A stretch of 64,000 nt of DNA from Balamuthia mandrillaris (lineage: Eukaryota): the NCBI GenBank assembly GCA_031835245.2, contig JAVKOQ020000008.1, positions 62,001 through 126,000 of the forward strand. Direction: 5' to 3'. Shown piece by piece: positions 39,210 to 53,293 of the stretch. The number at the start of each line of letters is the position of its first letter. Position 1 is the first letter of the stretch. Under the pieces are notes generated by a model that did not search any database, was not told where the DNA came from, and saw nothing but the letters and a program-made list of their open reading frames with translations. The translations under genes were made by a program, and so were the position numbers.

Positions 39210-42200
39210 ATGAACAAAACATCATCGTCAAATGCAGCGGCGGCACCAGCAGCAGGAGGAGGAGGGAAGCACGGCGGCAGATCGAGCAGCAGCAAAAAAA
39301 TGCCAAAGAAAAAGACGGAAATAAAGGTGCAGATCGAGCTCACCCTCAAGACGCTCTACAACCTCTCCAAGGAACTGAACGGCAAGGAGGTGGCGATCGC
39401 GTGGCGGCGCGGCTCCAAGGCGGAGAACAGGGGGGAGAGCAAGACCAGCGCCATCCGCAGCGGCATCGCTGTCTTTGGGGACCAGTTCACGCTGCACTGC
39501 ACCCTCTTTCAGGACCCCTCTTCCCTCAAGTACGAAGGCAAGAAACTCGAACTCCTGGTGAAACTACAGGTTTCGTTTCCTCTCTTCTTCGCTCTTCTCT
39601 CGTTCTCTCGTTCTCTCTTCTCGCTTCTCTTCTCGCTTCTCTCTTCTTTCGTTCTCTCGTTCTCTGCTTCTCTGCTTCTATCTTCTCTGCTTCTCTCTTC
39701 TCTCCCTCTCCTGTGTCTCTGTCTCTGTCTCTGTCTCTGTCTCTGTCTCTGTCTCTGTCTCTGTCTCTGTCTCTGTCTCTGTCTCTGTCTCTGTCTCTGT
39801 CCTCTGTCTCTGTCTCTGTCTCATCTCTCTCTCTCCCCGCTCTCTGGTTTCTCTTTGAGGTTTTCATATTTGCTGTTCTTCTCTTGCATTTGTTGCTTTA
39901 AAAGGGAGAGGGAAGCAGTTCCTCATCAAAAAAGAGCACCAGTGGGGGAGGTAAACCGTTGGCCAAAGCGGTGGTGGACTTGACCGAGTTTGCGACCAGC
40001 GGCATCAAAGAGAACATCTCCTTTCCTCTCGTCATGAAAGGAGAGCATCACAAGAAGAAAGGCAGCAAAATCATTGGCCGGGGAAAGAGCAAGTCATCCG
40101 CTTCTTCTTCCACTCCAGGAAAGGACAAAGGCAAAGTTCCAGCGATCAAAGCAGACGTGAAGACCGTTTGGACGCATTACAACAAGAAAAAGATTGCTAC
40201 CAAAGCAGAGGCGGACTCCCTCGCTGCATCTTCTTCATCATCTTCTTCTTCTGATCCAACAGCAGCAACGACGATTACAGATGCCTCCACTCTGTCATCT
40301 TCTACAAGAAAGAAGGACACAGTGAAGATAGATGGAGTGGAGCATGACTTGATAACGGTGGATGAGGGAGGTGCCTCCGAAGAGGAGCAAACTACTGTTG
40401 CTGAGTTCACCGAAATGGAAGACGACACCGAAAGCGAGTTTACAGAGTCATCAGAGGATGATGATGACGAAGATGAAGATGATGGCTTCAAGAAAAAAGC
40501 AGTAACGAAGAAGAGAGCAGAAAAGAGCGATGAAGAAGACAAAAGTGTTGAAACACTTTCGACGTTAACAACTGCATCCCTTCGTAACAGCAGCAGCATA
40601 GAAACGACTTCTTCTGGTGGTAAAACGCTTTCGCCTTCCCGTAGTTTCGAAAATGTTGCTGTCGCAGAGAAGGTAACAAAAGGGAAAGAAAAGAAAGAAG
40701 ATGGAGCAAAGGAGGATGGTCACGCAAGAAACTTGATGATAGCCTCAACTGCCGTTCCGAAAGATTTACTTCTTCATGTTGCTGAAGATGAAGAGAAGAA
40801 TGCAACAATCAAGAAACTTCAAGCTGAGTTGAAAAAAACTCAAGAAGAGCTCCAACAAATGGAGAAAGAGAGAGAGAAAGACGCTCAACTGAATGACGTC
40901 AGCTCAAAACAAGAAGTGAAACAGCTGAAGAAAGAAGTTCTAGAGTTGAAAAAGTTTCAAAAGGAGGCGCAAAAAAGTCAAGAAGAGCTCAAACGATTAG
41001 AAGCGGAGTTGAAGGAGGAGAGAAGAAAAGTGGAAGTGGAAAAAAGAGAAAAGAGGGACATGGAGCGAGATATGAAGAACATGGAAAGCAAATTGCGAAC
41101 GGCAGAGAAAAAAGTGGACGAGTTCGAGTCGAAGAAGAAGAAACAGGAAGAAAGCAATAACACCAATAAGAAGCTGACTAAGAAAGAGTTAATGGCGACT
41201 GCGGCAGCTGCAAACGAAACGATCGCAGCAATGAAGGAGGAGAAAGAGAGAAAAGAAAAAGAGTTGGAGCAAGCCAACAAAGAAAAAATCAAACTATCGA
41301 AAGAGGCGGAACTACTGCGTCAGCAAACAGAAGAGCAATCAGCGGAACTGGAACGAAAGGCAATGTTGTTTACCGCGTTGAGAGCAGAGTTTGAGAAGTT
41401 GAAAGAAGCCACTACCATGTCCTCTGCTTCGGCTGCTGCTGCTTCCGAAACTTCTGCTTCTGCTGCGTCGTTGTTGGAAAAACGAAATGCAGAATTAGAG
41501 ATTGAGATAGCGAGAGTAAGCGCAGAATTGGAGCAGACCAACTTCATTGTGGTGGAAAAGGACAAAGAACTGCTGCGATGGAAAGACAAAGTTAAAGCTC
41601 TCGAGCTCGAAGCGAAGAGAGTGGAGGAGAAATGCAATGCTCGTGTAATGGCCGCTGAAGCAAAAGCCAAATCAGCGACTCTGAAAAAGGATGCAACAAA
41701 GATAGAAGAAGAAAAAGAAAGAGAAGAAGAGATAGCACGGTTGAAAGAAGAACTAGATGATAGAAAAACAAAAATAGAGGAGCAAAAGAAACGCATAGAA
41801 CGTTTGGAAGAACAGCTTGAAGAACTTCAAGAACAACAACATCAACATGATGGAGGAGATCAAACCATGAGCAAACAGGCAGATGAAGAGGAAGAGGAAG
41901 AAAAAGAGAGGTTGAAAGAGATGAAGAAGAAAGCTGAAAAGGCCGTGAAGCGTTTGGAAGAAGAGAATCGAGAAAAACAACTGACAGTAGAACGCCTTCA
42001 AAAACTACTCAAAAAATTGGAGGAAGAGAGGAAAAAAGAAAAGAAAGAGAAGAAAGAAGCAAACCACAAAGACGAAAGAGAAGACGACGATGAAGAAACA
42101 AAAGTCATTCAACAGTTAACAACACAACATATTTATTGCATGAAGAACGCTTTCTCGAAGGAAGGAACTCATATCTCAGCCGCTCAACTGTGCAAAGAGT

Positions 42201-43539
42201 TGGTGGAAATGAGAGCATTAGAGGATGACCCACCACACGAAACTCTGTTGGCAGCTATCATTACGTCGTTGAAGAACGTCTCGACTGCTGCTCGCGAGGA
42301 TAACGTTATGCTTGTTCGTTGGCTTTCGTTTGTTTGTCACTTTCATGAACAGCTGGAGAATGAGGTTGGGACCAGCGAAGATGAGAACAGTGGCGACATT
42401 CCACGAAATGGCATATGGATACCTCCTTCGCGTCGAGTAACAGCGCTTGTACCGACGAGCGAGAACGGAGATACGAGTCACCAATACGATGACGAAGACG
42501 ACCAAGATGAGGAGGATGACGATGCTGTCGCTCAGTTCTTCAAACGGCTTGAAAGGCTCATATTCGAGATCTACTCCAACTTTGTCTCCAACTGTTTAAA
42601 GGTATCTATCGCTTCTATGTTATTCTTCTTTTTATTCTTACTGTTTTTTTTTTAAAAAAAAAAAGAGCATAAACACTGTCGTAGTTGGTGGAATACTTCA
42701 ACAGGAATTATCTATCTTTGCTACTGATGGGTATGGCTACTTTCCTCTTATCATTTATTTTTGCCACACAAATAACAAAAAACAAAAAAAAAACACCAAA
42801 ACACAGTACTTCGATAGCTGGACACGAATCTTCCAACAAAGAGTTCACCTCCGTGTTGACAAAAGCTCTAAAGCTGTTGCGACAACAACATCTCTTCGAC
42901 TCTGTCATTCAACAGTTCTTTTGTCAGCTGTTCTACAACACAAACGCCCGCATCATCAACACTTTAGTTGACAGGAAGGAGCTGTGCACCTGCGGCAACG
43001 GCTTCCAGATAAAACTTGGTCTCTCACAGCTGGAAGAATGGGTTTCTAAGCAAGGAAGAAAGCTTTTCGGTGTGGCTAGGTTTGTTTCTCTTCTTCGCTC
43101 TCTTCTATCTCCTCTTTGTCTCGCTCTCGCTCTCTTCCCCCACGTTTTCTCTCTATTTTCCTATTCTGAGAAAATTGTATAAATAGACAATATTTAAGCC
43201 ACGCGACGGAAGCGGCGAATGTGTTGGTGGTCGATAAGGAAATGTTCGGCGATGAAGCCATGATAGCCTCCATCTTCCCCACTCTCTCCGTGTTCCAGAT
43301 TTATCACCTATTGGACACCTTTCAACCTGATCAGTGCGTTTGCTTCTCTTATCTCCACTTTTTTTCGCTCTCTTGTTAACGAAATGCAATAACATACAAA
43401 CAGGTTTTCTCCGGAAGGAGTATCATCATCGGTGCTTCGCCACTTGGAAGGACTGTGCTCCAAAGCCAAACAACATCAATCCACTTCGCTAAAACTAAAC
43501 GAGACAGCGCTCTTAACTTTACCCACGAACAAAAGATGA
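39210..43539 (+). CDS. NT-type C2 + long coiled coil + DIL (dilute) domain protein, paralog A
   Basis: NT-C2: VQIELTLKTL...AIAWRRGSK...FTLHCTLFQD...KKLELLVK...AKAVVDLTEFA. Coiled coil. DIL: QQFFCQLFYNTNARIINTLVDRKELCTCGNGFQIKLGLSQLEEW...AANVL...LLDTFQPD. Stop TGA 43537-43539. Confidence 0.88.
39713..39800. repeat. (TGTCTC)n intronic microsatellite
   Basis: Perfect hexamer run seen directly. Confidence 0.95.
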
Positions 43540-43590
43540 AAGAGAAGAAGGAAGAAAAATACTCTGTGAATAGCACTTTTTTTTTTAAGA

Positions 43591-46500
43591 TTAAACATCT
43601 CGAACGAGCTCTTTCAAAAAGTGTTTTGCGTTCTTGAAAAACTCCACCTTCTCCTGTATCATCGTTTGTTCGGCTTCGCTCTTCTTCTCCTTCCATGAGG
43701 CGATCTGCGACAAGTCACGGACGGCCCTCACCAGGCATGTGTCCAACTCCATGCTGACCTCATCCCGCACGCGATGCCACACCATCTCCATCTGATGGGC
43801 ATATTCTCCGCTCGGTTGTTGTTGCTCCATTCTTCTCCCGCCGTTTTGTTGCTGTTGCGCTGCACGTCTTTCTTCTCTTGCAACAGGAGAGAATGGTTTT
43901 GTTTTCAGGAGATATAGCTTGATGTGAGTGAAGATGAGATAAAGCGCCACTTCCATGCAGTAGAACAGTAACTTGCTTTGCGTGAGCCTGTCTTCGAGCT
44001 CGGTTGCGAGTAACGAGGAAGAGGAAATGGTGTTGTTGTTCGTTTCGCTTTCTTGTTGATCTTTTGATGGTGATGAAGAGGAAGAAGGATGCAGAGAAGC
44101 AAGAATGGACGAGTACATGCCATCCGGATAGTACATGTTCTTCAAAGCCACAAGACAACTGCTCATCGATTTGATCAAAGCGCCAATGGAAGGAGACGTT
44201 CTTCTTCCCTCCTCTCCTTCGTTTTCTTCCGCCATTGTAGTATAATCTCCTTCTTCTTCCATTCGTGAACCTCTTCTTCTTCCACCACCTCCTCGAATGG
44301 GATGTTCAACATCCATTCCACGCATCCATTTGCTCGCTCCAGAGACAGCCAATGAAGTAGGTAAAGAAGGTGATGAAGATGTGAACTCCAAATGAGCAGA
44401 GGGAGTGAACAAAGGAATGAAGGTGTCTAAATCAAGATCTGTAATGGCGCTGCTCTTCTTTCGTTCGGCAGTCCGAGTCAAAGGAACGTCTGGTGAGATG
44501 ATGCGAACAAAGGAGAGAGCGTTGCGAAGGATGTGATAGGTCTGTTGTTCAACGAGGAAGAAGAAAGGTTTGCGAAGGAGAGGCTCCGCATCGTCGACTT
44601 CTTGTTTGGCATTGTAATCTTTAGAGGAAAACAGAAACGACCCTTGTCTCTGTTTGCGTTTTTCTTTGTTGAGTTTTTGTTTGTTTTCTTTTTCGCTGTC
44701 AGAGTCATCTGTTTCTTTCTCTTTCTCTTTCTCTTTTTCCTTGTCTTTTCCTTTACCTTTCTTGTTGTTTTGTTCTTCGTTGCGTTGCTTTGAAGAAAGA
44801 GAAGAAAGAGAAAATGCGGAGGATGACGACGATAGTGCTAATGTGGTCATCAACTTTCGTTCATTGAGAGAAATGGGAGAGGCGCATCGAACCAGTTGTG
44901 TTGGTGGAAGAAGAAGTACCACACTGTTCTGCAACAAGGTCAACATTGCCATTCTTTTATTTTGTGGTGTGTGTATGTGTTAACATTAGTATAACGAGCG
45001 AAGAGAGAGAGACAGAGAGAGATTAAAAACAAACCGAAAATGATGATAGGAACGAGCGGAGTAAAACTTCCAATACTTCGGACGCCGACCAAGTTCATAG
45101 AGCAAAGCCGTGGTTCTTTCAGCCTCTTCCAACGCAGCAAGAGTGATATGTGGTGCCACATTTCGATGAGAAGATGATGAAGAAGGAAAAAGCGTTGATG
45201 GCGTAGTTGATGTGAGAGATGAAAAAGGAGAGAGACCAATAGATATTGATGTTGGAGATGATGAAGGAAGAAGAGATATAACGCGTAATGTTTGTGAAAG
45301 ACGGTGTTGGTGTACGTTTATAAACTCGGTGACTTGCTTCACGAATGCTTCGCTTTCTCCAAGTGTGCGCAGCATCATTGTCACGAATGCGAGCACTAAA
45401 CACCACACAGAGTGCCATCGGTTACGTTCTCCGTCCTAAAATACCATATGGAAGACATTGTTAGAGAGCGAAAGGGATATTTTAAAAAAAAAACAGGAAA
45501 ACAGGACTAAGCCAACACAAATCGAAAAAAGAAGGCATTTAACGGAAGACTTACTTTGTTGTAAGCGTTGGCTATCATTTGAAAGAATGGGTAGCTGTCA
45601 TTGCACAACAGATACATAACACCCTCTAGAGCTAAAGACTCTGCCATCAACGAGTTGGAGGCAAAAGACAAGAATAGATGAAGTAACATTTCCGCTGTTT
45701 CCAAATCGTCGTTATGTGAAAGTGGGCCTTCAACAGCAGCTGCTTCTTTCTTCAATGAAGGTGGAGAAGAAAGATCGCTTGTAGTTGACGTTGTGGAAGC
45801 AGATGGAAGAGAGGAAGTTGGAGGCATGAAAGTGGCAGTTGATGGACCCGACATATCGAATGAAGGCGGGCGAAGAGGAATCAATCTAGGCGTTGGTTTA
45901 AAAGTGGAAGGAGGCAAAGCGTAGAAGAAGCTGCAGAGGTGGACGAAGGCGTTGAAATGGATGATGTGAACGACGATGCAGAAAAGGATTGTTGAAGCAA
46001 GTCTAGAAGATAGCCAAAGATGGCGTTGCTTTGAAAGTTGGAGTGGAGAGCATTTGATGTTGTCTCAATGTTGTCATATGTTGTTCCGTTGCTGTATTTA
46101 AAGAGAATGGCAAAGAGAGAAAGAACCAGATTGCGCAGTAGAGGTCGCTCCAAGCAACGCCCTAGTTGTGGCAATAATATTATCAAAGTTTGAGCTACTT
46201 CGGGCCATTCGCTATAATGAGAAAAAGGGTTAGATGAAGCAGAAGAATAAACGAAGAACGCGAAGCGTATTGCACTGTTTTCATGCAAATACGAAGGTAG
46301 AAGCACGAAGAGAAAGCAAAAAAAAAAACCTTAGAGGAGTGTGTTTGGCAGTAACAAGGAGACAGCTGAGCAGAGATATCCACAAAGATATAGTGGCTTG
46401 GGAACGGAGCTGCATTGCTGTTCGCAATGTATCCACAAATCGTTTTGTTGGGAATGTCCATCCTCCATTTCCTGTTCTCACATTCATTAGTATAAAGCAC

Positions 46501-49500
46501 AGCCACAGAAAGAAAGTAAGATAGGAGGAAATAAAACTAAAAGGAAGCAGAAGAGATTAGCAGAGAGGAGGGAGTGAGAAAGTGAGAAAAAGCAGAGAGA
46601 TAAACCCTTGGCTTTCTCTGCGCCCAACGCTTGAGCAAACTGGAAGTGCTTCCGCAACAAGAGAAGCAACAAAGATGCAATCTCCTCCATCTTCAAATTC
46701 AGTATCTTATCCTCTCTTTCCTCGTTAGCCAAAACTTGAGTTAAGCCAAGGATTAACGAGAGAACAACACTCGATTCTTCTTTTCCTTTGGATACTGATG
46801 CATTCATGAACACAGAAAGAGCGGGTTGACGAAGAACAGAAACCTCCAAAAATGATTTCCAAGCGACGAGATACTGCAGTTGAGCATCGACGAGAGACAA
46901 CGAGAGATTGACGCGACGAGTCATCAGCAAGAACTTGCGTAGCGTTGAAGAGAGTCTCTCTTCCGTCATTTCCATTAAAGTCATTCTTGCTTCATCATCA
47001 AATTCCATCGTTGCTTCTTCTTCTTCTATTGTGTCCTCGTCACCTACTTCGGTTTGGTGAACAAGATGAAAGAGTTTCTTGGCCATAAGTTCAACGTCGT
47101 AGTAATAATTCGGACCTGGTTCCTTTCTTCCCTCCTTCAATAACAAAAGCCGATTTTCGTTCCCAACATTATTCGTAGTCGTTATTGTCGCCGTTGACCC
47201 ACTTTGTTGTTGCCATACTTTTCTCTTTCTTCCCTGTTGTTGATAACCTGCCAATGCTGTAGGGCTCATTTGTTCTTGTTCTTGATGTAGTAGATGTTGA
47301 GGACTGAGATGTTGGGAATGAGTGCTGCTCATCATTACCATCGTTATAGAATGTAAGAGCTTCAGTTCTTGCTTTCTTAGGCGAGTGTATAGAGAAGGCG
47401 TGTAAGCGTTCATCGTGGGAATGCTTCGCAGCCAACACTCCAGTTGAAGCTTTGGGGAGGAGTTCAACTGTTTCACCTCTTGCACTAGGCTTGGGTCTAA
47501 CGTTCCGTTGATCGGCACGTAGTACATTTCCAAAGCGAGAATGGAGAAGACAGAGGAACCTATGATGGTCATATAGGTTCTTTGCAGATTTGTTTGCTCT
47601 CGCTTTGACTCTTTCTCTATCATTGCCACTTCGCCGTTTTCTTGTCCTTTTTCTTTTTCGTTTCCTTTCTCGTTTTCGTTTTGATCAAAGGATTGAACTT
47701 CCAGAGAGACTATTTGGAGCGTGTTGACGAGTTGCTTCCAAAAGCCTTCTGTGTCGCGTAACGCTTTGATGATGGTGTGGTGGTCTGGGGCTACTTGCCA
47801 TAATGAATGAAGTAGATCCATTGCTTCACAAAACAAACGAGTTTCTCTGGTTATGTTAGACGCGTTGTTAGTAACAAGACAGGAAACAAGAAAGAAACGA
47901 AGAAAGGAAAACGAAAAAAAATAAATAAAGAGGAGAAAGGTATCAATACGTATGAATGGTTTGGTCTCTGTTGGCAATGAGGGATAGAACGGTGGAGAGA
48001 CAACTGTTGGAACCGATTTCGTAGATGATGGAGCTTTGATTGTTTTCTGTAACGCTGTTTTTCTTCTTTCTGGAAGTGATATTTATGAATAGAAGCGCTA
48101 AACCTGGTTGACAGTCCAGTGCTGTTGTTACCAACCGCAAAATAGCAATTCGTAATTCCTGTAAATGTATTTTTTGTTCGGACGTGTCAAAAAAAGAAGC
48201 TTGCAATTTGAGAAATAGACAACAAAACAAATAGCCAAACAAACAAAAGGCGCCACACAATTACCTCACTTTCAAGGGGATCCTTCAATCGGCTCAAAAA
48301 CGCTGTTCGCAAGAAAAGAGCGTGCGACCCCAAGTAGCCCACCAAAGACGGAGGACGAGGGTGACTGTGCAGCGTGATGCGACACAACAGAGTGAGCAAG
48401 CGAGTGGCTAAGAGAGGAAGATTGTGGTTGTAGGGATAGTGGATGTAGGAGGCAATGATTCGAATGAGATGAGCTTCTTCTTTGAGTCTGCCTCCTCCGC
48501 TGGGTCGTGTTGGTAGTCCAAATCCATTTGTTTGTGTATCTGACTCTGTTGCTGATATTTGGCTGTTTTCGAACGAATCTTTAACTTGAGCTGACAGAAT
48601 AAATAAAGAGAAAATAACAATAACCAACCTAACTAACGTCGAATCGTTTTCATTTGCTGCTAATACAGCAGTCCGACTTAAAAGCGAATATTCCAACGAC
48701 GATTGTGCTGAAAACGGAGTAGAGGCAGAGTCAGTGTTGTCTCTTCTGCTCAATTGTTCCTCCACTTCGTTTTCTCTGTTCAACAAGACGAGCTCCAAAA
48801 CGTTAAACGCTTTCACCAACAACTTCTCCAATGTTTTGCCTTCTTTGACCTTTCGCCTTGCAATGAGTCTCTCCAAGAATTTAGTGCCAATACCGACAAT
48901 GTTGAGCAAAACTTTGTGAAAGGAGCTATCGTAGAGAATAGAGTTGAGTAGCGAACGTTTGAGAGAGACTATTACATCTCCGCTGTTGATGACGTTGAGT
49001 TGTGAAGAAGAGAATCTTGTTCTCTTTTGTTGTTGTGAACTGACGTTGATGTTGGTTGGAGATGGAACTATGCTTACATCTCGCAAAATATCTTGAAAGA
49101 TTTTTAAGATCTACAACGTTTAACAAAAAGAGTTAACAAAAATAGAGAAACAAAAAGGCGTGAAAGACTACAAAGGAAATTACCTTGATGCCAATTTGCC
49201 AACGCTCATAGATATGAGTGTATCGCCACGTATCAAAAGCTGTGAAGAGGTCCGTCATAACATAAGACAAACACGGGTGAAAGTCGGCAGCAGAGATCAT
49301 CGTTGTGGAGGAGGAAGAAAGGGAGGAGGAAGAACGAAGTTGCCACCGTTGAGCAAAAGATAACAGAGTGGAAAGCAGATCAAGGAAAGAGAGGGTGACG
49401 GGGTAACGGCCAGTTGGGCATTCCATCGTGTGAAGAAGGTGACGAATGCAACCACTAAATGCTTTTGTTGTTCGCTCTGAGGCAATCTATAGAAAAAACA

Positions 49501-52059
49501 ATCCAAAAAAGAAAATTTGTGTCAGATTCTAATTAACTTTTGTGTTTTTACGTTTAGTGGAAAGTGTTGAACGTACTTCATCAAGAAGTCCGACTCGGCG
49601 CATGTAGACCCAAACTTGCATTGGATGTGTGTGAGCAAATCCATTTATGCAACGAAGGCAAGCAGTGAGCAGCTCTGCTGGCGGATTAATGAGAAAGGAG
49701 GCATGTTGCAGTATGAGGAATAGACGTGGTAATATCTCCGATGTGTTAGCATAACTAATTGTAATAAAGTGATTAGCCAAGAGAAAAAGTGCAGAGAGAG
49801 AGAGAGAAGAAAGAGCAGGAATGTTACTCTGAAATGGGAACATTTCGAACGGCGAGAATATTGGGAAATATCTCAAGCAAATGGTTTTGGATAATGGTTG
49901 TAAAGTTCTTATCAAAAGATAAGAGCTGATTGATGAGCTTCAGAATGTGATAAACTGAAGAAATCTGTTGTTCGGTAACTTTGGAACCTCCCAAAAGTCT
50001 CTTAAGGAAAAAGTCTAAAACTTTAAGAAGGTACTCCCATATCGAATATTTATGCTGTTAAAAAATGAGCAAAAACAGATTAAAAGAAATGGTAACGTTA
50101 ATCAGAAGAATGCAACGAGGGAAGAGAGAGTTCTTGTTGACAAACCTCCCACTGAATAAGAAGAGAATTGTCCACTTTGAAAATGCGTCCTCGAGTGCCA
50201 GCCGGAATTATAAACATTGGAACGGACGACGAAGCATAAGCATTCGCCGTCAAACGTTGCCCGACCGCAGAATCCATTCCCCTCGCGTTTCTTTCGCTCT
50301 CATCTCCACCGACAGAAGAGCACAATTGGCCGACGTTCAAAGGCAAATCGCGTTGCAAATACGCTTCCAAGTGAGCCGCTTCTAACATAGTCGCAAACGC
50401 CTCCTCAGCGCTGCGCCAATTCGTTGTTGCCAATCGCATTCCACCGTCGTCGTTTGGATCACGACAGAAAGAAGGAGGAACCATCGCGGCAAAAGTGGAA
50501 AAGTTTGTCATGTGACAGAGCTCCCAAAAGACGCGATGAGCACAATCGTGGTCACCCGCCAAGGCACTTAAAAGTTTGAGCAGTTGGTTGAATTGGATGG
50601 GCCAACAAGAGATGGCGATGGTCATTAGGGCTCGTCGAGGAGCGTGTTGATGATCATGCTCCCAGTATTGTCGGCACAAACCAGGTTCGGTCTTTGTTAA
50701 AAACATATAATATTAGAGTTGGAGAGGGACAAAAGGGGAGAGAGAGAGAATACTTGGAAGAGTTCACAGTAAAACTCCACAATGAGCTCATAGTTCGGAA
50801 AGAGAGAAATGTCAAAAGCTGTGAATATTGCAGTAACCAGTCCCTTCAACACGCTCTTGTAGCCTGTCAGGTTGGGCTTTTAACAGCAATACAAAGAATC
50901 AAGTTAGCTAAATTCACGAAGCTATGTTCTTCTCTTTTTTTCTTATTCTCTTTTGCTAGTAATCGAGTTACCTCTTCTGGATCAAAGCCATTTTGAACCA
51001 TGTTCTTCAAGAATTGAAAAGCAGAAAGACGAAGCGCTTTCACTCCATGTTGCTGATAGGGAACGTTGTCCTGCAGTAATGTTAGTGAAGGAAAAAAAGA
51101 AGAGGAACCAGAGAAAGACAACACATACCACCATGTCAGAGAATTGAGAGACACGACAAACCAAGCTGGCCCAAGCCAACAACACCGGACCTTGGGGCAC
51201 TGTAGTACCCCATCGTTGAAACTCTTCGTCCAACTCTAGAATGGCGCTTTTATTTGCCACTATCGGATGTGCGGCAAGACTTATTCATGCAAGGAGAGAC
51301 AAAGCAAGATAAGTTAGAAGGAATCCAAAAGCACACTCTCTCGTTCTTTCCTGTTACCTTTCTTGATCGGCTTCTTCGAGCAAACTTTCCAAGTTAAAGC
51401 TTTCCACTAAGATGAGTACACAAATGTAGCTCATACGAACCACCGTTCCTCTTCCAACCTCGTTCAACAGTGTGTAGTTGGGCTGTTTGGTCCCAAATGC
51501 TTGTTTCTATACCATAAAATGCACAATAAGAAGAATTATAAGACCAGAAGAGCAAATAGCGTACGTTAAAGAGCTTACAAAGGTGTTTTATCATGGAAGC
51601 ACTAATGGGCGTCTGCGCGTAGTATACCAAGAAAATGATCTCCAAGCATGCCAGTTGCTCCTCCACGTTTTGGTTGGCCCATCTTTCTTGGTCTTGTCGC
51701 TCCGTCTTTTACAGAAAAGATTATAATTAGCTCCTCTGCTCTCGGTTCTCTTCCCTCTATCTTTTTTCTAACAATTTGTCGGGTAACGTTGTACCAAATG
51801 TTTTGGAATAGTAGCTTTGGCTAAAGACTTGTACTGTTGAAGGACTTTGTCCACCAGCCCATCGTGCAACAACCGTTCAACGATCTCGCTAGCCTCCACA
51901 AAGTAGAGATGGTCTTCGTCATGTCCATTCCTTAGCAGTGAGCTCACGCAGCGTAACAGGCATAACCGCTCATCATTGTAATAGTCTGCAATCTTTGGTT
52001 TGTAATTTTTAGTTGTTGAATGTTGAGAGAGAGAGAGAGAGAAAGAGAGAAAGAGAGAG

Positions 52060-52096
<37 letters not shown>

Positions 52097-52422
52097 TGAA
52101 GAAGGCGAACCTCCTGCAAAGCAGTTGAGCTGTAATCAAATGTTTGTCCCTTAACTTCATCTCTTAAATAGTTCCGAAACAATAACAAGCTTTGCACTTC
52201 ATCCAAGTTCTTTTTGTGGTAGAAAAGGAGGCATTAGCGTTCGTAGTAAGAAGGAGAAGACCAGAACAAACAAAAGAGAAGAAAGCAGAAAAGCTTAGAA
52301 AAAAAGAGAGCAGAAGGAGACAAGAGAGAGGAGAGAGGACTAAAGAACGAGAGAGTAAGAAGCAGTGAACGAGAGGAATGAGGAGGAAGAACGAGCGAAA
52401 AGGAGACAAATAATAATAGGAA

Positions 52423-52470
<48 letters not shown>

Positions 52471-52867
52471 TAGTACACACCAACAGACGACTGATCTTCT
52501 TCACAAAGTCTTGTTGGTTCTTGTCCACAGGATAGGTCTTTCCTCCATACTTCACTTTTCCCGATTCCAACGCTTGCAGTGACTCCTTCGACGGCGGCTT
52601 GTACGACTGCAGCATCGCCAACAACCGCTGATAGTTCCTCTTCAACAGAGAAGCCTTTTTTTTTTTGAGCAACAGAGAGAGAGTGAGAGAGAGAGTGAGG
52701 GATGCGTTTCCAAACTAGTCTTTAAAAAAGTGCAACAAAACAGGGTAGGTAGTAACCATTCCTTCAGGGCTGCACGACCCATCTGCACGCTCCAACGTTT
52801 CCAACAAGCGGCGATTCGTCCGGTCGAAGCGACCCAACGGCCCGCTGGCCGCCGCTTCCCCCGCCAT
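43591..52867 (-). CDS. NUP188: Nucleoporin Nup188, multi-exon
   Basis: SYKPPSKES, ISRLL-LDEVQS, IADYYNDERLCLLRC, GPVLLAWA, ECPTGRYPVTLSFL, FDTWRY...ERWQIG, QPGLALLF. Long alpha-solenoid spanning about 9 kb. ATG at 52867. Confidence 0.85.
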
Positions 52868-53034
52868 CCGCGTTGTTATTTTATTATTTTTTTTTTTGAT
52901 CGTTTGCAAAACGAATGCACGAACGAGAGAAATGCGTAGCAAACAACAACAACAATCCGGATCCAAAATCTTATTTTTTTGATTGGAGTTTTTTTTCTCT
53001 TTTCTTCTTGTTAACTTTTCGACTCCTCAAGCGA

Positions 53035-53048
53035 TTTTGGCGGGAAAA
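53035..53048. promoter_or_regulatory. Possible overlapping dual E2F-type site TTTTGGCGGGAAAA upstream of NUP188
   Basis: Matches TTTSSCGS-like consensus on both strands, about 170 bp upstream of the ATG. Confidence 0.3.
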
Positions 53049-53293
53049 AAAGACCCTCACTAGGTGAAGGTCTCTCGCGGTCCATTCTCACGTCCATGAA
53101 ACTATTTTTATTTTTTTTTCGTGCGCGGCTCTCTCGCTCTTCTGTCCGGTCGGCGAAGCCTGGAGGAGCCGGGCCTGATGCGTACGGAGTCGTGCTTGGT
53201 GCGGTGTACTCCCATAGTTGGCCAACAGAGCACACTCGCCGGAAATGCCATAAACCACCAAAGGAATGTGCTTGCCCAACGTGCTAAAGTATT

